DNA from: Promethearchaeota archaeon
GTDB lineage: Archaea > Asgardarchaeota > Lokiarchaeia > Sigyniarchaeales > SOKP01
Length of the DNA: 64,000 nucleotides
Assembly: GCA_048938855.1 (NCBI GenBank)
Contig: JBHLLT010000002.1
Coordinates: 256,001 to 320,000, forward strand
Direction: 5' to 3'
The notes under the pieces were generated by a model. It was given only the letters and a program-made list of their open reading frames with translations. It did no database searches and was not told the DNA's origin. Positions 48,061 to 58,888 of the stretch are shown here, in pieces. The translations under genes and the position numbers were made by a program. Each line of letters begins with the position of its first letter. The stretch's first letter is position 1.

Positions 48061-49485
48061 ATGAGTGATAATACTGAAGAGATATTAACATTAATTGCTG
48101 AAAAAGCAAAGTTAGCTGAAGGTTCTGAAGGTGTACGCTCTATTCTATTAACCATGTATCGCTTTCCTTCCTTAAAAAATAAAAAAGTATCCCAAAAAAC
48201 AGGGATTGCAGTCCCTTCCCTAGCAGCAGTTAGAGGTGAATTAGTTAAAGCAGGAATTATTGAAAAAAAGAATTTTCTTGGAGAATTAGGGAGAGATTGG
48301 ATAAAAAAACGCCTCAAATTACAATTTAATTATGATCCTCTTCCTGAAAGTTTCAATAGCATAATAAAAGAAGTACCAGAAGAATTCACATACTTGAATT
48401 CTATTAAAGATTTGCTTAATAACCGACCAGATCCAGAATTTTCACTTGATCAATCTCATGCAGATTTCTCAACTATCGTAAAGAAAGTTCTCTATTTATT
48501 GAAAAAAGGAGAGATCGAGGGAAGAAAAATAATATTCCTTGGAGATGATGATGTAATATCCTTAGCTTTAGGGTTAACAAAACTAGCTGATCAAATAACT
48601 GTAGTAGATATTGATAATCGCGTTTTAGATTTTATCTATCAATCAGCACAGGACCGCAATTTAAAGAATTTTGAAGTAATAAACCACGATTTAAGAAAAT
48701 CATGCCCAAAAACAATAATGAATAAATTTGACGTAGTTATCATGGATCCGCCTTATACTATCGAAGGTTTGAGATTATTTTTAAAAAGAGCAAGGCAAAT
48801 TATAAAGTCAAATTTAAAAATCAATGATAAAATATACCCTATTGTTGGAAAAAAGTGCCTTCTTAGTTTTGGAAATAAACCACCAGTACAAATGCAAAAA
48901 TTGCAATTAGCAATATTGGATCATGGATTTATAATTAACGAGATGCTACCTGATTTTAATCATTACGAAGGTGCTAGTATAATCGGGAAATTCAGTCATC
49001 TTTACTTCTTACAATCTGTAATAAATCCAAACGATAAATACAATCTTAACTTTTTTTCACAACCTATATACACTTCTGAAGTAAAATTAATACCTGATTA
49101 TTCATTTCGACCAGTTGGATTTCATTTTGTTGGTGAAATGCATTTTAAAAATCAAGATTATTTATTAGAAAATGAAGTAATCCATAAGATTTTTATAGAC
49201 TCCCTTATAAATGCCGATTTAACAATTCTCGATGTTTATCATCATAATTATCATCCATATGGATATAGTGCTATTGCTATATTGAAAACTAGTCATGCAG
49301 CAATTCATACATGGCCTGAGCATGGATATATTAGTATTGATATCTTTATTTGTGAAGGATATGAAAAAGGCTTAAGTGTAATTAAATTTTTGAAAGATAA
49401 GTTAATTCCATTAGAATCTGAATTTTACTATGCTGAACGCGGAAAAAAAGGTATAATAGAATATAAAATACTTGAATTAAAATGA
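48061..49485 (+). CDS. bpsA: Branched-chain polyamine synthase BpsA-like protein fused to S-adenosylmethionine decarboxylase domain
   Basis: RP...DQ, FLGDDDVIS, VVDID, MDPPYT; C-terminal KTSHAAIHTWPEHGYISIDIFIC. Confidence 0.85.
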   Translation: MSDNTEEILTLIAEKAKLAEGSEGVRSILLTMYRFPSLKNKKVSQKTGIAVPSLAAVRGELVKAGIIEKKNFLGELGRDWIKKRLKLQFNYDPLPESFNSIIKEVPEEFTYLNSIKDLLNNRPDPEFSLDQSHADFSTIVKKVLYLLKKGEIEGRKIIFLGDDDVISLALGLTKLADQITVVDIDNRVLDFIYQSAQDRNLKNFEVINHDLRKSCPKTIMNKFDVVIMDPPYTIEGLRLFLKRARQIIKSNLKINDKIYPIVGKKCLLSFGNKPPVQMQKLQLAILDHGFIINEMLPDFNHYEGASIIGKFSHLYFLQSVINPNDKYNLNFFSQPIYTSEVKLIPDYSFRPVGFHFVGEMHFKNQDYLLENEVIHKIFIDSLINADLTILDVYHHNYHPYGYSAIAILKTSHAAIHTWPEHGYISIDIFICEGYEKGLSVIKFLKDKLIPLESEFYYAERGKKGIIEYKILELK

Positions 49486-49543
49486 ATTAAATCTTAAATC
49501 ATCAATTATTTGACTTTATTATAATTAAAAACTTTCAGAAAGA

Positions 49544-49930
49544 ATGGTTATAAATATGGATAAAAAAATAGTTTTTATTAGATTTATTTATTGGTATGGT
49601 GCTCTTTTGGATTTCTTAGTCTTTCTTGATATGATTATATCAATTATCTTTGAATTTTCCCTAACTATACCAAATGTGAGTACAGAAATTTCATATAAAT
49701 ACCAAACTGGTACTGGAGCATTTTTAATGCTCGGATGGACTTTTCTCTTAATTTGGGCGGACCGTAAACCTATAGAACGTAAAGATATATTACTTCTGAC
49801 AGCAATTCCCGTAGTTCTTGGGATAATGGTGATAAATATGCTTTATACTCCACTCTGGTTTCTTTCTGTTATTACACTAATTATCTTCCTAATCGCGTAT
49901 TGGATTGCTAAATCTGTAGATAAAGCTTAA
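49544..49930 (+). CDS. Small membrane protein
   Basis: 4 TM; MLGWTFLLIWADRKPIERK. Confidence 0.7.
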   Translation: MVINMDKKIVFIRFIYWYGALLDFLVFLDMIISIIFEFSLTIPNVSTEISYKYQTGTGAFLMLGWTFLLIWADRKPIERKDILLLTAIPVVLGIMVINMLYTPLWFLSVITLIIFLIAYWIAKSVDKA

Positions 49931-50140
49931 ATAAACACATGTGTATAACACTTAAGCTAGCTAAGAAAAATCCAAACAAAAAATGCTTTAAAATAATCTA
50001 GTTAAAGATAATATAAAAAAAGCTGATTACTATAGTATACTATTCTACTTTAAAAATATTGAATTAAATTTATATAAGACGGTTGTGTCTTAATGTTTAA
50101 CCTTTAATTTATCTAGAAAAATCAAAAGGTTGAATTAAAA

Positions 50141-50575
50141 ATGACTGAAGAAAAAAAAAAAGATTCAAATGAATTATTGAACTTCTTGATGATAATTATT
50201 GGTGGTCTTTTTATATTCAAAGCCATTACTGACTTCTTAGCTTGGGCTAATGTTATACCCCTCCCATCATGGTTGACTCTAGGAGACGAAGCATTATCTA
50301 TGTTTGGAGGACAAGGTATAATTTCAATACTTTTAGGTTTCTGGTGTCTTGTATCAGGTATAGGTATGTTCAGAGAAGAAGAGTATGCAATGGGAATAGG
50401 ACTGGTTGTTCTAAGTATCATGGCAGCAGTAGGAATTACTGCTATTGTAGGTTGGATAACAAGTCCTGGTTCATTCGATGCAGCATATTGGCCAAATTAT
50501 GTTACAATTGCAGCAACAGCGATAGGAGTATTAGGTTTTATCTGGTTACTCTTTACATACAAGAGATATGATTAA
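50141..50575 (+). CDS. Small membrane protein
   Basis: 4 TM helices. Confidence 0.75.
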   Translation: MTEEKKKDSNELLNFLMIIIGGLFIFKAITDFLAWANVIPLPSWLTLGDEALSMFGGQGIISILLGFWCLVSGIGMFREEEYAMGIGLVVLSIMAAVGITAIVGWITSPGSFDAAYWPNYVTIAATAIGVLGFIWLLFTYKRYD

Positions 50576-50717
50576 ATAGAGTAGTCTTTTATAAATCTAA
50601 AATTAAATCTTTTTTTTTAATTATTTCTAATAAAATAGATATTTAGATTAAAATGAAAAAACATAATTAGATTTAAAAATTAAACAGTTAATTGATTTTC
50701 ATTAGTAATAAGTATAA

Positions 50718-51389
50718 GTGAATATTTTGAAATTATCCCAGTTTCTTAAGAAAATTGATTGGTTAAAAACTGATCATCCTTATGGAAGTGCTTGCATAAG
50801 GATAAGCATTGAGATTACTATTTACATTGATCCTGTCAATTTATCAGAAGAAAATATGTTAAAAAAGGCTGATCTTATCCTATTAACTCATTCACATGAT
50901 GATCACTTTTCTGTTGAAACTTTAGAGAAGATTGTAAAACCAACAACAATTATTGTCTGTCCTTCTGATTGTGAAAAATCTCTCATCCAAGAACAATATG
51001 AATTCAATATTTATGTGGTAAGTCCCGGAGAAAATATTACATTGAACCATACCAAAATAAATGCAATTCCAGCATACTCAACTGTTGTGCATCCAAATTC
51101 TGAAGGGTGGTTAGGATATGTTATTGAAATTAATGATTTTCGATTATACCTTTCAGGAGATTCAGCTTATATTCCAGAGATGAATAATTTAAAAAATATT
51201 GACATTGCTTTTTTCAATATAAGAGAACCATATCAGATGAGTCCAAAGGAAGTAATTCAAGCTATAAAAGCATTTAAACCAAATATTGCAATACCTATAC
51301 ATTGGATAGAGGAAGAGAAAGAAAACATAGACTATATTATAGAACATTCTCCAAAATCCACAGAAATATTAATTCTTAAAACTAAATAA
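50718..51389 (+). CDS. Metallo-beta-lactamase fold hydrolase
   Basis: YIDP, THSHDDH, SGD, IPIHW. Confidence 0.9.
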   Translation: MNILKLSQFLKKIDWLKTDHPYGSACIRISIEITIYIDPVNLSEENMLKKADLILLTHSHDDHFSVETLEKIVKPTTIIVCPSDCEKSLIQEQYEFNIYVVSPGENITLNHTKINAIPAYSTVVHPNSEGWLGYVIEINDFRLYLSGDSAYIPEMNNLKNIDIAFFNIREPYQMSPKEVIQAIKAFKPNIAIPIHWIEEEKENIDYIIEHSPKSTEILILKTK

Positions 51390-51407
51390 AATTTTACCTA
51401 TTCTAAA

Positions 51408-53039
51408 ATGAAAGATTTATTTCTTGGATTAGATTGCTCGACTCAGAGTCTAACAGGTTTAATTATTGATTTCAAGTCCAGAAAAGTAATTTATCGAGAT
51501 GTGGTAAATTTTGATGAAGAATTACCTCATTATCGAACACTAAATGGAGTAATTTATTTGGATAATAATAATACCATTCATTCATATCCACTTATGTGGA
51601 TAGAAGCATTAGAATTGTTATTTACTAAATTTTGTAATGATGATATTCCACTATTTGAAATTAAGTCATTTTCAGGATCTGCACAACAACATGGTACAGT
51701 TTATTTAAACGCTAAGTTTGAATCCGTTCTTCTCAATTTAGATATAAAAAAATCTCTTGTCTCCCAATTAAAGCCTACGTTATCCGAGTTAACAAGTCCT
51801 ATTTGGATGGATTCTAGCACTTCTAAACAATGTGAAGAAATACGTGATAAATTGGGTGGTTTAAAATCATCAGTCTCATTATTAGGTTCAGATATCGTAG
51901 AACGTTTCTCTGGGCCACAAATAAGAAAGTTTTTTCAAGAAAATCTTCAAAAATATAATCATACTACTATTATTCATCTAGTAAGCTCTTTCTTAGCTTC
52001 AATATTATTAGGAAAAAATGCACCTATTGATCATGGAGATGGAGCAGGAATGAATTTAATGAATATTATGACAAAAGAATGGGATGATCGTGCTTTAGAA
52101 GCAACTGCTCCTAGCTTGAAAAATAAATTACCTTCTCTCTCTTTCTCTCAAGCTATTATCGGAAATATTTCCACATACTTTGTAAAAAAATATGGCTTTA
52201 ATCCGGATACAAATCTTATAGTATGGTCTGGTGATAACCCTAGTAGTCTTATCGGGGTTGGATTAATTAAGAAAGGCATGGCTACAATAAGTTTAGGTAC
52301 AAGTGATACTTATTTCAGCTATTTACAAAATTTACATCTTGACTATAATGGAGAAGGTCATGTTTTTGGAGCACCAACAGGGGATTATATGAGCTTGATT
52401 TGCTTTAAAAATGGTTCTTTAGCTAGGGAAAAGGTCAAAAATAAATTCAAATTGAATTGGGAAAGCTTTACTAAAATTTTGAATAAAACACCTCCGGGAA
52501 ATAATGGAAAAATAATGTTACCATATTTTTTTCCTGAGATTGTTCCTAAAGTATTAAAACCCAAAGTATATCGATTCGGTTTTGATGAAAAAGATATATA
52601 TGGTAATATAAGGGGGATTATTGAAGCTCAATTTTTAGCTATGAGACTCCATTCAAAGTGGATCGGTGAAAAGCCTACAGAAATTTATACTACGGGAGGT
52701 GCTTCTGTAAATGAAGAAATTCTCCAAGTACTAGCAAATATATTTAATGCAAAGGTCCGTATGTTTGAAAATACTGATTCAGCGGCTTTAGGTGCTGCTC
52801 TCAGAGCAATAAAAACATATTATGATACTAAAAATGAAAAAAAAAGTTGGAATGAAATAATTGAGAAATTCATCAATTTTCAAAATAGTATCATTATAGA
52901 ACCAAATACTAAATGTATTGAATTATATGATGATATGATTAATCTCTATGATAAATATGAAAGATTTATACTCCAAAATGGAGAAAATCCTGAATCTGCT
53001 CGCTTGCAGTTTATTAAAAGATATTATAAACTGTTCTAA
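51408..53039 (+). CDS. xylB: FGGY kinase, eukaryote-type xylulokinase-like
   Basis: LGLDCSTQS, SGSAQQHG, PIWMDSST, ERFSGPQI, SGDNP, ISLGTSDT, KNGSLARE. Confidence 0.85.
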   Translation: MKDLFLGLDCSTQSLTGLIIDFKSRKVIYRDVVNFDEELPHYRTLNGVIYLDNNNTIHSYPLMWIEALELLFTKFCNDDIPLFEIKSFSGSAQQHGTVYLNAKFESVLLNLDIKKSLVSQLKPTLSELTSPIWMDSSTSKQCEEIRDKLGGLKSSVSLLGSDIVERFSGPQIRKFFQENLQKYNHTTIIHLVSSFLASILLGKNAPIDHGDGAGMNLMNIMTKEWDDRALEATAPSLKNKLPSLSFSQAIIGNISTYFVKKYGFNPDTNLIVWSGDNPSSLIGVGLIKKGMATISLGTSDTYFSYLQNLHLDYNGEGHVFGAPTGDYMSLICFKNGSLAREKVKNKFKLNWESFTKILNKTPPGNNGKIMLPYFFPEIVPKVLKPKVYRFGFDEKDIYGNIRGIIEAQFLAMRLHSKWIGEKPTEIYTTGGASVNEEILQVLANIFNAKVRMFENTDSAALGAALRAIKTYYDTKNEKKSWNEIIEKFINFQNSIIIEPNTKCIELYDDMINLYDKYERFILQNGENPESARLQFIKRYYKLF

Positions 53040-53166
53040 TAAATATTTTTGTCAAAAACTAAATTTATAATACATCTTAATAGGAGATTATAATTAAAAT
53101 ATAATCGAATCAATAATAAATCACTATTAATTATCCTCAACAATCATTTTATAAATTGAAAAAACC

Positions 53167-53661
53167 ATGGCAATTAAGACTGGCGATATAATAAAAGTAG
53201 AGTATATAGGTACTTTTGATGATGGTACAGTATTTGACAGTACCGAGTTAAACGACGGGATTCCCCTAAAATTTGAGGTTGGTGCGGGGCAAATAATTCC
53301 GGGATTTGAAAAATCCGTTATTGGCAAATCTGTTGGGGAAGAATATGATATCAGATTAGAGCCTTCTGAAGCATATGGTGATTATAAGGAAGGAATGACT
53401 CAATCTATTTCAAAAGATCAATTTCCTATAGAACAAGAACCAGAACCAGGATTAATGATTTTATTACTTGGTCCTCAAGGTCAACCAGTTCCCGCAACAA
53501 TAAAAGAAGTTAATGATGATATAGTCACTATAGATTTAAATCATCCTATGGCTGGGAAAGTTTTAAACTTTAATATAAAAATTAAAGAAACAGGTTGTGA
53601 ACCTGATCCTCCACTTGTTTGTGGTTGTGGAGATGATCACCACCATAATCACGAGCACTAA
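53167..53661 (+). CDS. slyD: FKBP-type peptidyl-prolyl isomerase, SlyD-like with Cys/His tail
   Basis: DGTVFDS, IIPGFE, AYG, DLNHPMAGK, tail CGCGDDHHHNHEH. Confidence 0.92.
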   Translation: MAIKTGDIIKVEYIGTFDDGTVFDSTELNDGIPLKFEVGAGQIIPGFEKSVIGKSVGEEYDIRLEPSEAYGDYKEGMTQSISKDQFPIEQEPEPGLMILLLGPQGQPVPATIKEVNDDIVTIDLNHPMAGKVLNFNIKIKETGCEPDPPLVCGCGDDHHHNHEH

Positions 53662-53870
53662 TATCTCGATTTATTGAATAAGTGTAATTTTCCCTCTATA
53701 ATATCAAATTCTTTTTCTTTTCATATTTATTGTAAATAGAATTAGATTAATTGAGAAGGATTTTTTAAAATTTTGTAATAAAAGAACATAAAAACGCTTT
53801 CTCAATAAATTAAAATTTTAAACCTCATTTTAGAAAACATTATATAACTTTAGATTAATGAGTTACCAAG

Positions 53871-55292
53871 ATGGCTAAGGGGACCAAAACAAATTCAGTA
53901 AGATCCTATAACAGCATCTTTTGGCCTCTTTATATACTAAATGGGCTTCAAAGTATAGCATACGGCGCGATGATAATACTTGTTGTTCCTCTGGCTCTTA
54001 TTATTTGGCCTAATGATCCAGCAGATATACATGCATTGGAAATGGGAATATTATATACAACTTTATCTTGGAGTGGCTCTATTGCAGGTTTAATTTTTGG
54101 AAGACTTATTGATAAATACTCTCGAAAAAAAATTATTATTATTATTTCTCTATTCAGAGGATCTTCAATGTTTCTTTTAGGATTTGCTGTCTATGGTGGC
54201 GAAGATAGCACTTGGTGGTATTTTTTTACTCTCATTGCTATTTTTGGTTTTTTTGCTGGAGGTTCATGGCCCGCTATAAATTCTTTATCTAATGACATTG
54301 TCCCAAAGGATCACCGGTCTCGTTTTTTTGGTGTTTATCAGATTGTACTTAATACAACAAATATAATAGGTTGGCTAATAGCTGCAATCCTCGTACAATT
54401 TGGTTTTTGGAGGATCTTTTTCTGGGGTATAGGAGTTTATATTCTACTTGCAGGATTAATTTTTGCTATTATTAATGAAGAGCCAAAAAGAGGAGCTCAA
54501 CAAGAAGAACTATATCAAATCCTTCAAGATAATTCAATTGAATATGATTTTCAAATTAATAAAGAAATGATGCGAAAAACCATGCTCAGTAAAACTAATA
54601 TTGTAGCACTAGTTGAAGGTATATTTACTTGTATTCTAATGAGCAGTCTTAATTTCTTAATTTTAAATTATGTTCAAAATCCACCCATTAATTTAGCACC
54701 TCTTTCAATTGGAGTTTTTATGGTTTTTTTTGGCTTAACAGGAGGATTAGTTGGACAAATTGTACTATCAAGAATAAGTGACAAGATAGCTATTAAAGAT
54801 CCTGTAAAACGATTACCCATTATTGTTATTGCAATAATAGGGGGATTAATCACTTTCGCTCTTTTCTTTTTTCTCCCATGGACGCCATTAACTCCAGAAT
54901 TAGGTATGAATATTATATACCTTATGACAATACCAACTATTTGGATTATGGGAGCACTATTTTTTATTTCAAGAAGTATTTTTTCTCTTTATATCGTAAA
55001 CCAAAGTCCTGTAATTCAACAAATTAATTTACCTGAGGCTCAGGGGCAAATAGTATCTTGGAATCAATTTTTAGAACAATTTGGTAGAGGAATTGGGCCA
55101 CTTTTATGTGGAGTTTTACTATTTTTCACAAGCACTAATTATCAAATTACAGTTTTATTAGTATGCTTATGTATTGTTCCAGGTGCAATCCTATGGATGG
55201 TTGCAATAAGATGGTTTCCAGCTGACAGAATGAACATAAAATCTATTTTGACAGAAAGAGCAGAAATTCTAAACTCTAGAAAAGAGTATTAA
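53871..55292 (+). CDS. MFS transporter
   Basis: 12 TM pattern; motif A GRLIDKYSRK. Confidence 0.9.
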   Translation: MAKGTKTNSVRSYNSIFWPLYILNGLQSIAYGAMIILVVPLALIIWPNDPADIHALEMGILYTTLSWSGSIAGLIFGRLIDKYSRKKIIIIISLFRGSSMFLLGFAVYGGEDSTWWYFFTLIAIFGFFAGGSWPAINSLSNDIVPKDHRSRFFGVYQIVLNTTNIIGWLIAAILVQFGFWRIFFWGIGVYILLAGLIFAIINEEPKRGAQQEELYQILQDNSIEYDFQINKEMMRKTMLSKTNIVALVEGIFTCILMSSLNFLILNYVQNPPINLAPLSIGVFMVFFGLTGGLVGQIVLSRISDKIAIKDPVKRLPIIVIAIIGGLITFALFFFLPWTPLTPELGMNIIYLMTIPTIWIMGALFFISRSIFSLYIVNQSPVIQQINLPEAQGQIVSWNQFLEQFGRGIGPLLCGVLLFFTSTNYQITVLLVCLCIVPGAILWMVAIRWFPADRMNIKSILTERAEILNSRKEY

Positions 55293-55464
55293 AATCTAAA
55301 AGACTTATATTTTAACGAAGGGAGAGTTAATTTTTCATGTATATATTTCTATTGAGTTTATAGTTAAGTACAAGCAAAGCCTTAAAAATATTAAAATAAA
55401 ATTAATCATAATAGATTTTTAATCAATATATATAATTTAAAATTACAAATAAATTGAATTTCCA

Positions 55465-56256
55465 ATGTTTGAATTTATAATCAGTTTCGCAATTTTTGGG
55501 GTTTTATTAATTTGGTGTTTATTATGGAGATCTAAGGAAAATGGAAGAGTGGAGGGAGAACCTCTGGGCATGCCACGAGGGACAGTTAGGGCTTTGATTA
55601 CTATTATGCTTGTAGCATTTCCTTTTGGATATATATTATCAAGAAGAGATATCGATGGGTTGGTAGTGAATGTCATTTTTATTGCGGTTGCTTTCTATTT
55701 TGAAGCTAGAACAAGTGAACGAGAAAAATTACAGCAAATTGTAGGTGAACTAAAGAGTACCGATTTAGTTATAAGAGATGTGAAGAAGGAGAAAAAACCA
55801 TTATATTTACCAAAATATTCAGTAAGAATTCTTCTAACCGTATTGCTAATTACTTTCCTCACGATTAATTGGTATGGAGGTAATATAGTTACATTTGAAG
55901 TTACAAACACACTACTCGATTTAATGATTATTGTAGCTTTTTTTTATGTAGGAGTAATTTTCAGATCCATTTTTAAAGCGAGAGAAAGGAAGAGAATTAA
56001 AGAAGAAATTGCAGAGATGGACGCATCGCTCAGTGAAGCTCAAATCATTGAAAAATTGATGTTAGAACCCAGTTGGTGGATGCGAATAGGGAAAAATGTC
56101 CTTTCAATTATAATGCTGATTGTGGTTGTTGTAGCATTAACTTGCTACTCAATTGATTTTAATTATACAATAATAACCCTTGTTGGTACAAATGATATAA
56201 CAGTTGTTGGAATCTTATTGCTGCTTATCAACGCGTATTACGGTTTCAGAGATTAA
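55465..56256 (+). CDS. Membrane protein with internal repeats
   Basis: PLGMPRGTVRAL...AFYF repeated as PLYLPKYSVRIL...AFFY. Confidence 0.75.
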   Translation: MFEFIISFAIFGVLLIWCLLWRSKENGRVEGEPLGMPRGTVRALITIMLVAFPFGYILSRRDIDGLVVNVIFIAVAFYFEARTSEREKLQQIVGELKSTDLVIRDVKKEKKPLYLPKYSVRILLTVLLITFLTINWYGGNIVTFEVTNTLLDLMIIVAFFYVGVIFRSIFKARERKRIKEEIAEMDASLSEAQIIEKLMLEPSWWMRIGKNVLSIIMLIVVVVALTCYSIDFNYTIITLVGTNDITVVGILLLLINAYYGFRD

Positions 56257-56392
56257 ACATAATATTTTTTTATCTATTTTACTCATTTTTTTATAAATAA
56301 TACAATACAACTGGGATGTAAAGTTATAAATATCTTTATCTGGGAAAAAAATAATAATTACTATCAATTAAATTATATTAAGGTGAAATAAA

Positions 56393-57514
56393 ATGGAAAA
56401 GAATTCTGAAGATAAGTATTTTGAAATTTATAGGGAATTGCAAGTACACCTTGATAAAATGCCAATTGGGTTCCCTCAGGCAGAATCTGGTTCGGATATA
56501 AGATTATTAAGACTTCTCTTTACTCCTGAAGAAGCAAAAATAGCTACATATTTAAAATTTGGCTGGTATAGGGATCTTGAGCCGTTAGATAAAATTTATA
56601 AACGAATTAAGCATACTGGGATTCCTTTAATAGAATTAGAAACACAATTAGATAATATGGTAAAAAAAGGTTCAATTACATATAAAAAAGAAGGGAATAA
56701 GAAATTTTATGGTAATACTACACTAATAATAGGAATGTATGAAAATCAAGTGGATAAACTTACAACAGACTTTTTAGATGCATTTCATAAATATTTAAAT
56801 GAAATTTGGGAAGAAAAAGCTAATCCAACACATTATAATCAAATCCGTATTATACCTGTTGATATTGATGTGATTCCAGAGAATTTTATTGCCCCTTTTG
56901 ATAATGTAAGAAAATCTATAGAAGAAAGTCAAGGTCCGTTTGTTAAAATTAATTGTATTTGTCGTCAAGAAATGGAATTCGGAGGGGAACCATGTAAAAT
57001 GACTAAGCATAAAGATAATTGCCTAGGAATTGGAGATATTGCTAAATCCGCTATTGATCTAAACTGGGGAACACAAATTAGTAAAGAAGAAGCTATTCAA
57101 TTACTGCGCCAAAATCAAGAAGAGGGTCTGATTTTTCGACCGAATAATGCTCAAACTTTTGATTTTATATGCAGTTGTTGCTACTGTTGTGATGGAGGTA
57201 TCGGTAACCTGTTACGCTTACCAGATCCATACAATTATGCAATTTCAAATTATTATGCTGAAATAGATCCCGATTTATGTACTGGATGCGGAACGTGTAT
57301 AGATCGCTGTCAAATGAAAGCTATTACTCAATTAAACAACGTCTCCTCAATTGAAAAAATTAGATGCATAGGTTGTGGTAATTGTATTGCCAAATGCCCT
57401 TCTGAAGCTATTATGCTCCGAAAAAAAGAAAAGCAATATATTCCTCCTCAAACAATGGAAGAACTTTACGAAAAAATTCTTGAGGAAAGGATTAGATTAA
57501 AAGAACAAGGATAA
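56393..57514 (+). CDS. 4Fe-4S dicluster domain protein
   Basis: CICR, CSCCYCC, CTGCGTCIDRC, CIGCGNCIAKCP. Confidence 0.88.
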   Translation: MEKNSEDKYFEIYRELQVHLDKMPIGFPQAESGSDIRLLRLLFTPEEAKIATYLKFGWYRDLEPLDKIYKRIKHTGIPLIELETQLDNMVKKGSITYKKEGNKKFYGNTTLIIGMYENQVDKLTTDFLDAFHKYLNEIWEEKANPTHYNQIRIIPVDIDVIPENFIAPFDNVRKSIEESQGPFVKINCICRQEMEFGGEPCKMTKHKDNCLGIGDIAKSAIDLNWGTQISKEEAIQLLRQNQEEGLIFRPNNAQTFDFICSCCYCCDGGIGNLLRLPDPYNYAISNYYAEIDPDLCTGCGTCIDRCQMKAITQLNNVSSIEKIRCIGCGNCIAKCPSEAIMLRKKEKQYIPPQTMEELYEKILEERIRLKEQG

Positions 57515-57521
57515 ACCAAGA

Positions 57522-58328
57522 TTACTGTTTAGAGCTTATTGCTTTTCGGATAAACGGTCGTAAACTCTTTCCTTTTTCCCAATACCATTTAAATATTTCT
57601 TTTGTCCATTTTATAAAACTTTCATGATTATCTATTAAGCACTGACTATAATCAATTTCACCATCTTTACTTAAGAAAAGTATGGCACCTTTATCTGAAA
57701 CTATTATCGAGATTTTAATTTCATCAAGAATTCTAATATTTTCTAACATTTCCTGGAAAAAGATTTTTGGATCTTTAAACAATTTGGACCAACCATCCGG
57801 AATATTATAAGATTTTAATAAATTGCTGTCTACGAGAGCTTTTATCTTGAGTGGTTGATCTCTCATTTTCTTCTCAACTTCCTTTAATAAAGATTTTTGA
57901 TATTGATCTGTTATCGCATAAAGAAATCTTTCGGAATTTTTCACAAGGTTTTCAAAAATTTCCATATTTTCCATAGTTTTATTGCCAAATTCAACGTTTT
58001 TAAGTTTTCCTAATTGAAATATGAGATGGACAGGAATAGAGGTAATTTCATGACTATTGAAAAAATTTCTATGAATTAATGAAACTTCAAAAATATCCAT
58101 CATCCTTATGAAGATTTTACCGATATTTGTTATATGATATTTATTGTTTACATCTTTAGTGACAAGATCCTTCTCACTTAGTCTTCTTAAATGACGAGAG
58201 ATTTCTGATCCTGGGATTTCTAACTCCTTTTGAAGGTCTGTGTGTCTTTTCCCATCATAATATAGACATTTGAGGACCTTAAACCTTTCTTTATGGGAAA
58301 ATTCGAATAATAAATCATATAAATCCAA
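57522..58328 (-). CDS. Archaeal wHTH regulator with DUF1724-like C-terminal domain
   Basis: ERFKVL..EISRHLRRL, YHITNIG; C-terminal FIKWTKEIFKWYW; divergent from lipid catabolic operon. Confidence 0.8.
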   Translation of the reverse strand: MDLYDLLFEFSHKERFKVLKCLYYDGKRHTDLQKELEIPGSEISRHLRRLSEKDLVTKDVNNKYHITNIGKIFIRMMDIFEVSLIHRNFFNSHEITSIPVHLIFQLGKLKNVEFGNKTMENMEIFENLVKNSERFLYAITDQYQKSLLKEVEKKMRDQPLKIKALVDSNLLKSYNIPDGWSKLFKDPKIFFQEMLENIRILDEIKISIIVSDKGAILFLSKDGEIDYSQCLIDNHESFIKWTKEIFKWYWEKGKSLRPFIRKAISSKQ

Positions 58329-58588
58329 ATTTACTCAACTTGATTATTTTTGGTTCTCTATAATATCAAAAGAATTCTCAAATAAAAATTTAAATTGATT
58401 TAAATAATTTAGAAAAAATTAAACTTAATTTAAAAATCTTTAAAATAGTTATAGGGTTCATTTTTTAATTTTCTCTGGATAATAGAATCAAAGAATATAT
58501 TTAAAAAAGATAAATATTCATAATTCAAATGAAATCTAATTTAAATAAAAATTTAAGACATTAGAATAAAGAAAATTGGAGAATAAAT

Positions 58589-58888
58589 ATGTATGAAGAA
58601 TTAGAGTTAAGAGCGTTAAAATTGTTAGCAAAAAATTACGAATATAACCAAGCATTACATATGGAAGCTGATTTGATGGCAGGATTACTTGGTGTAAAGA
58701 AGAAAGACATCCAACCAGTACTTAGAGCTTTAAGTGATGCAAAACTGGCAAATCTCTATGTAGAAGGTGAAAAAATCAAATTGGCAAAAATTTCATGGCA
58801 AGGATTAAATGAAATTGGTGATGTCGACTTAAAATTCGGTATGGGAAAAGATGCATACGATAATTATAATGCGGAGGGGTACCGATAG
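58589..58888 (+). CDS. Small hypothetical protein, winged-helix-like
   Basis: 99 aa; MAGLLGV..DIQPVLRAL..AKISWQG; GGAG SD. Confidence 0.7.
   Translation: MYEELELRALKLLAKNYEYNQALHMEADLMAGLLGVKKKDIQPVLRALSDAKLANLYVEGEKIKLAKISWQGLNEIGDVDLKFGMGKDAYDNYNAEGYR

Noticed and set aside
734-49485. Other TGA-terminated genes (734, 13041, 19851, 21065, 44049, 49485) as selenoproteins
   Set aside because: Domains are complete at the stop, no redox-motif context, and no protein-like continuation.
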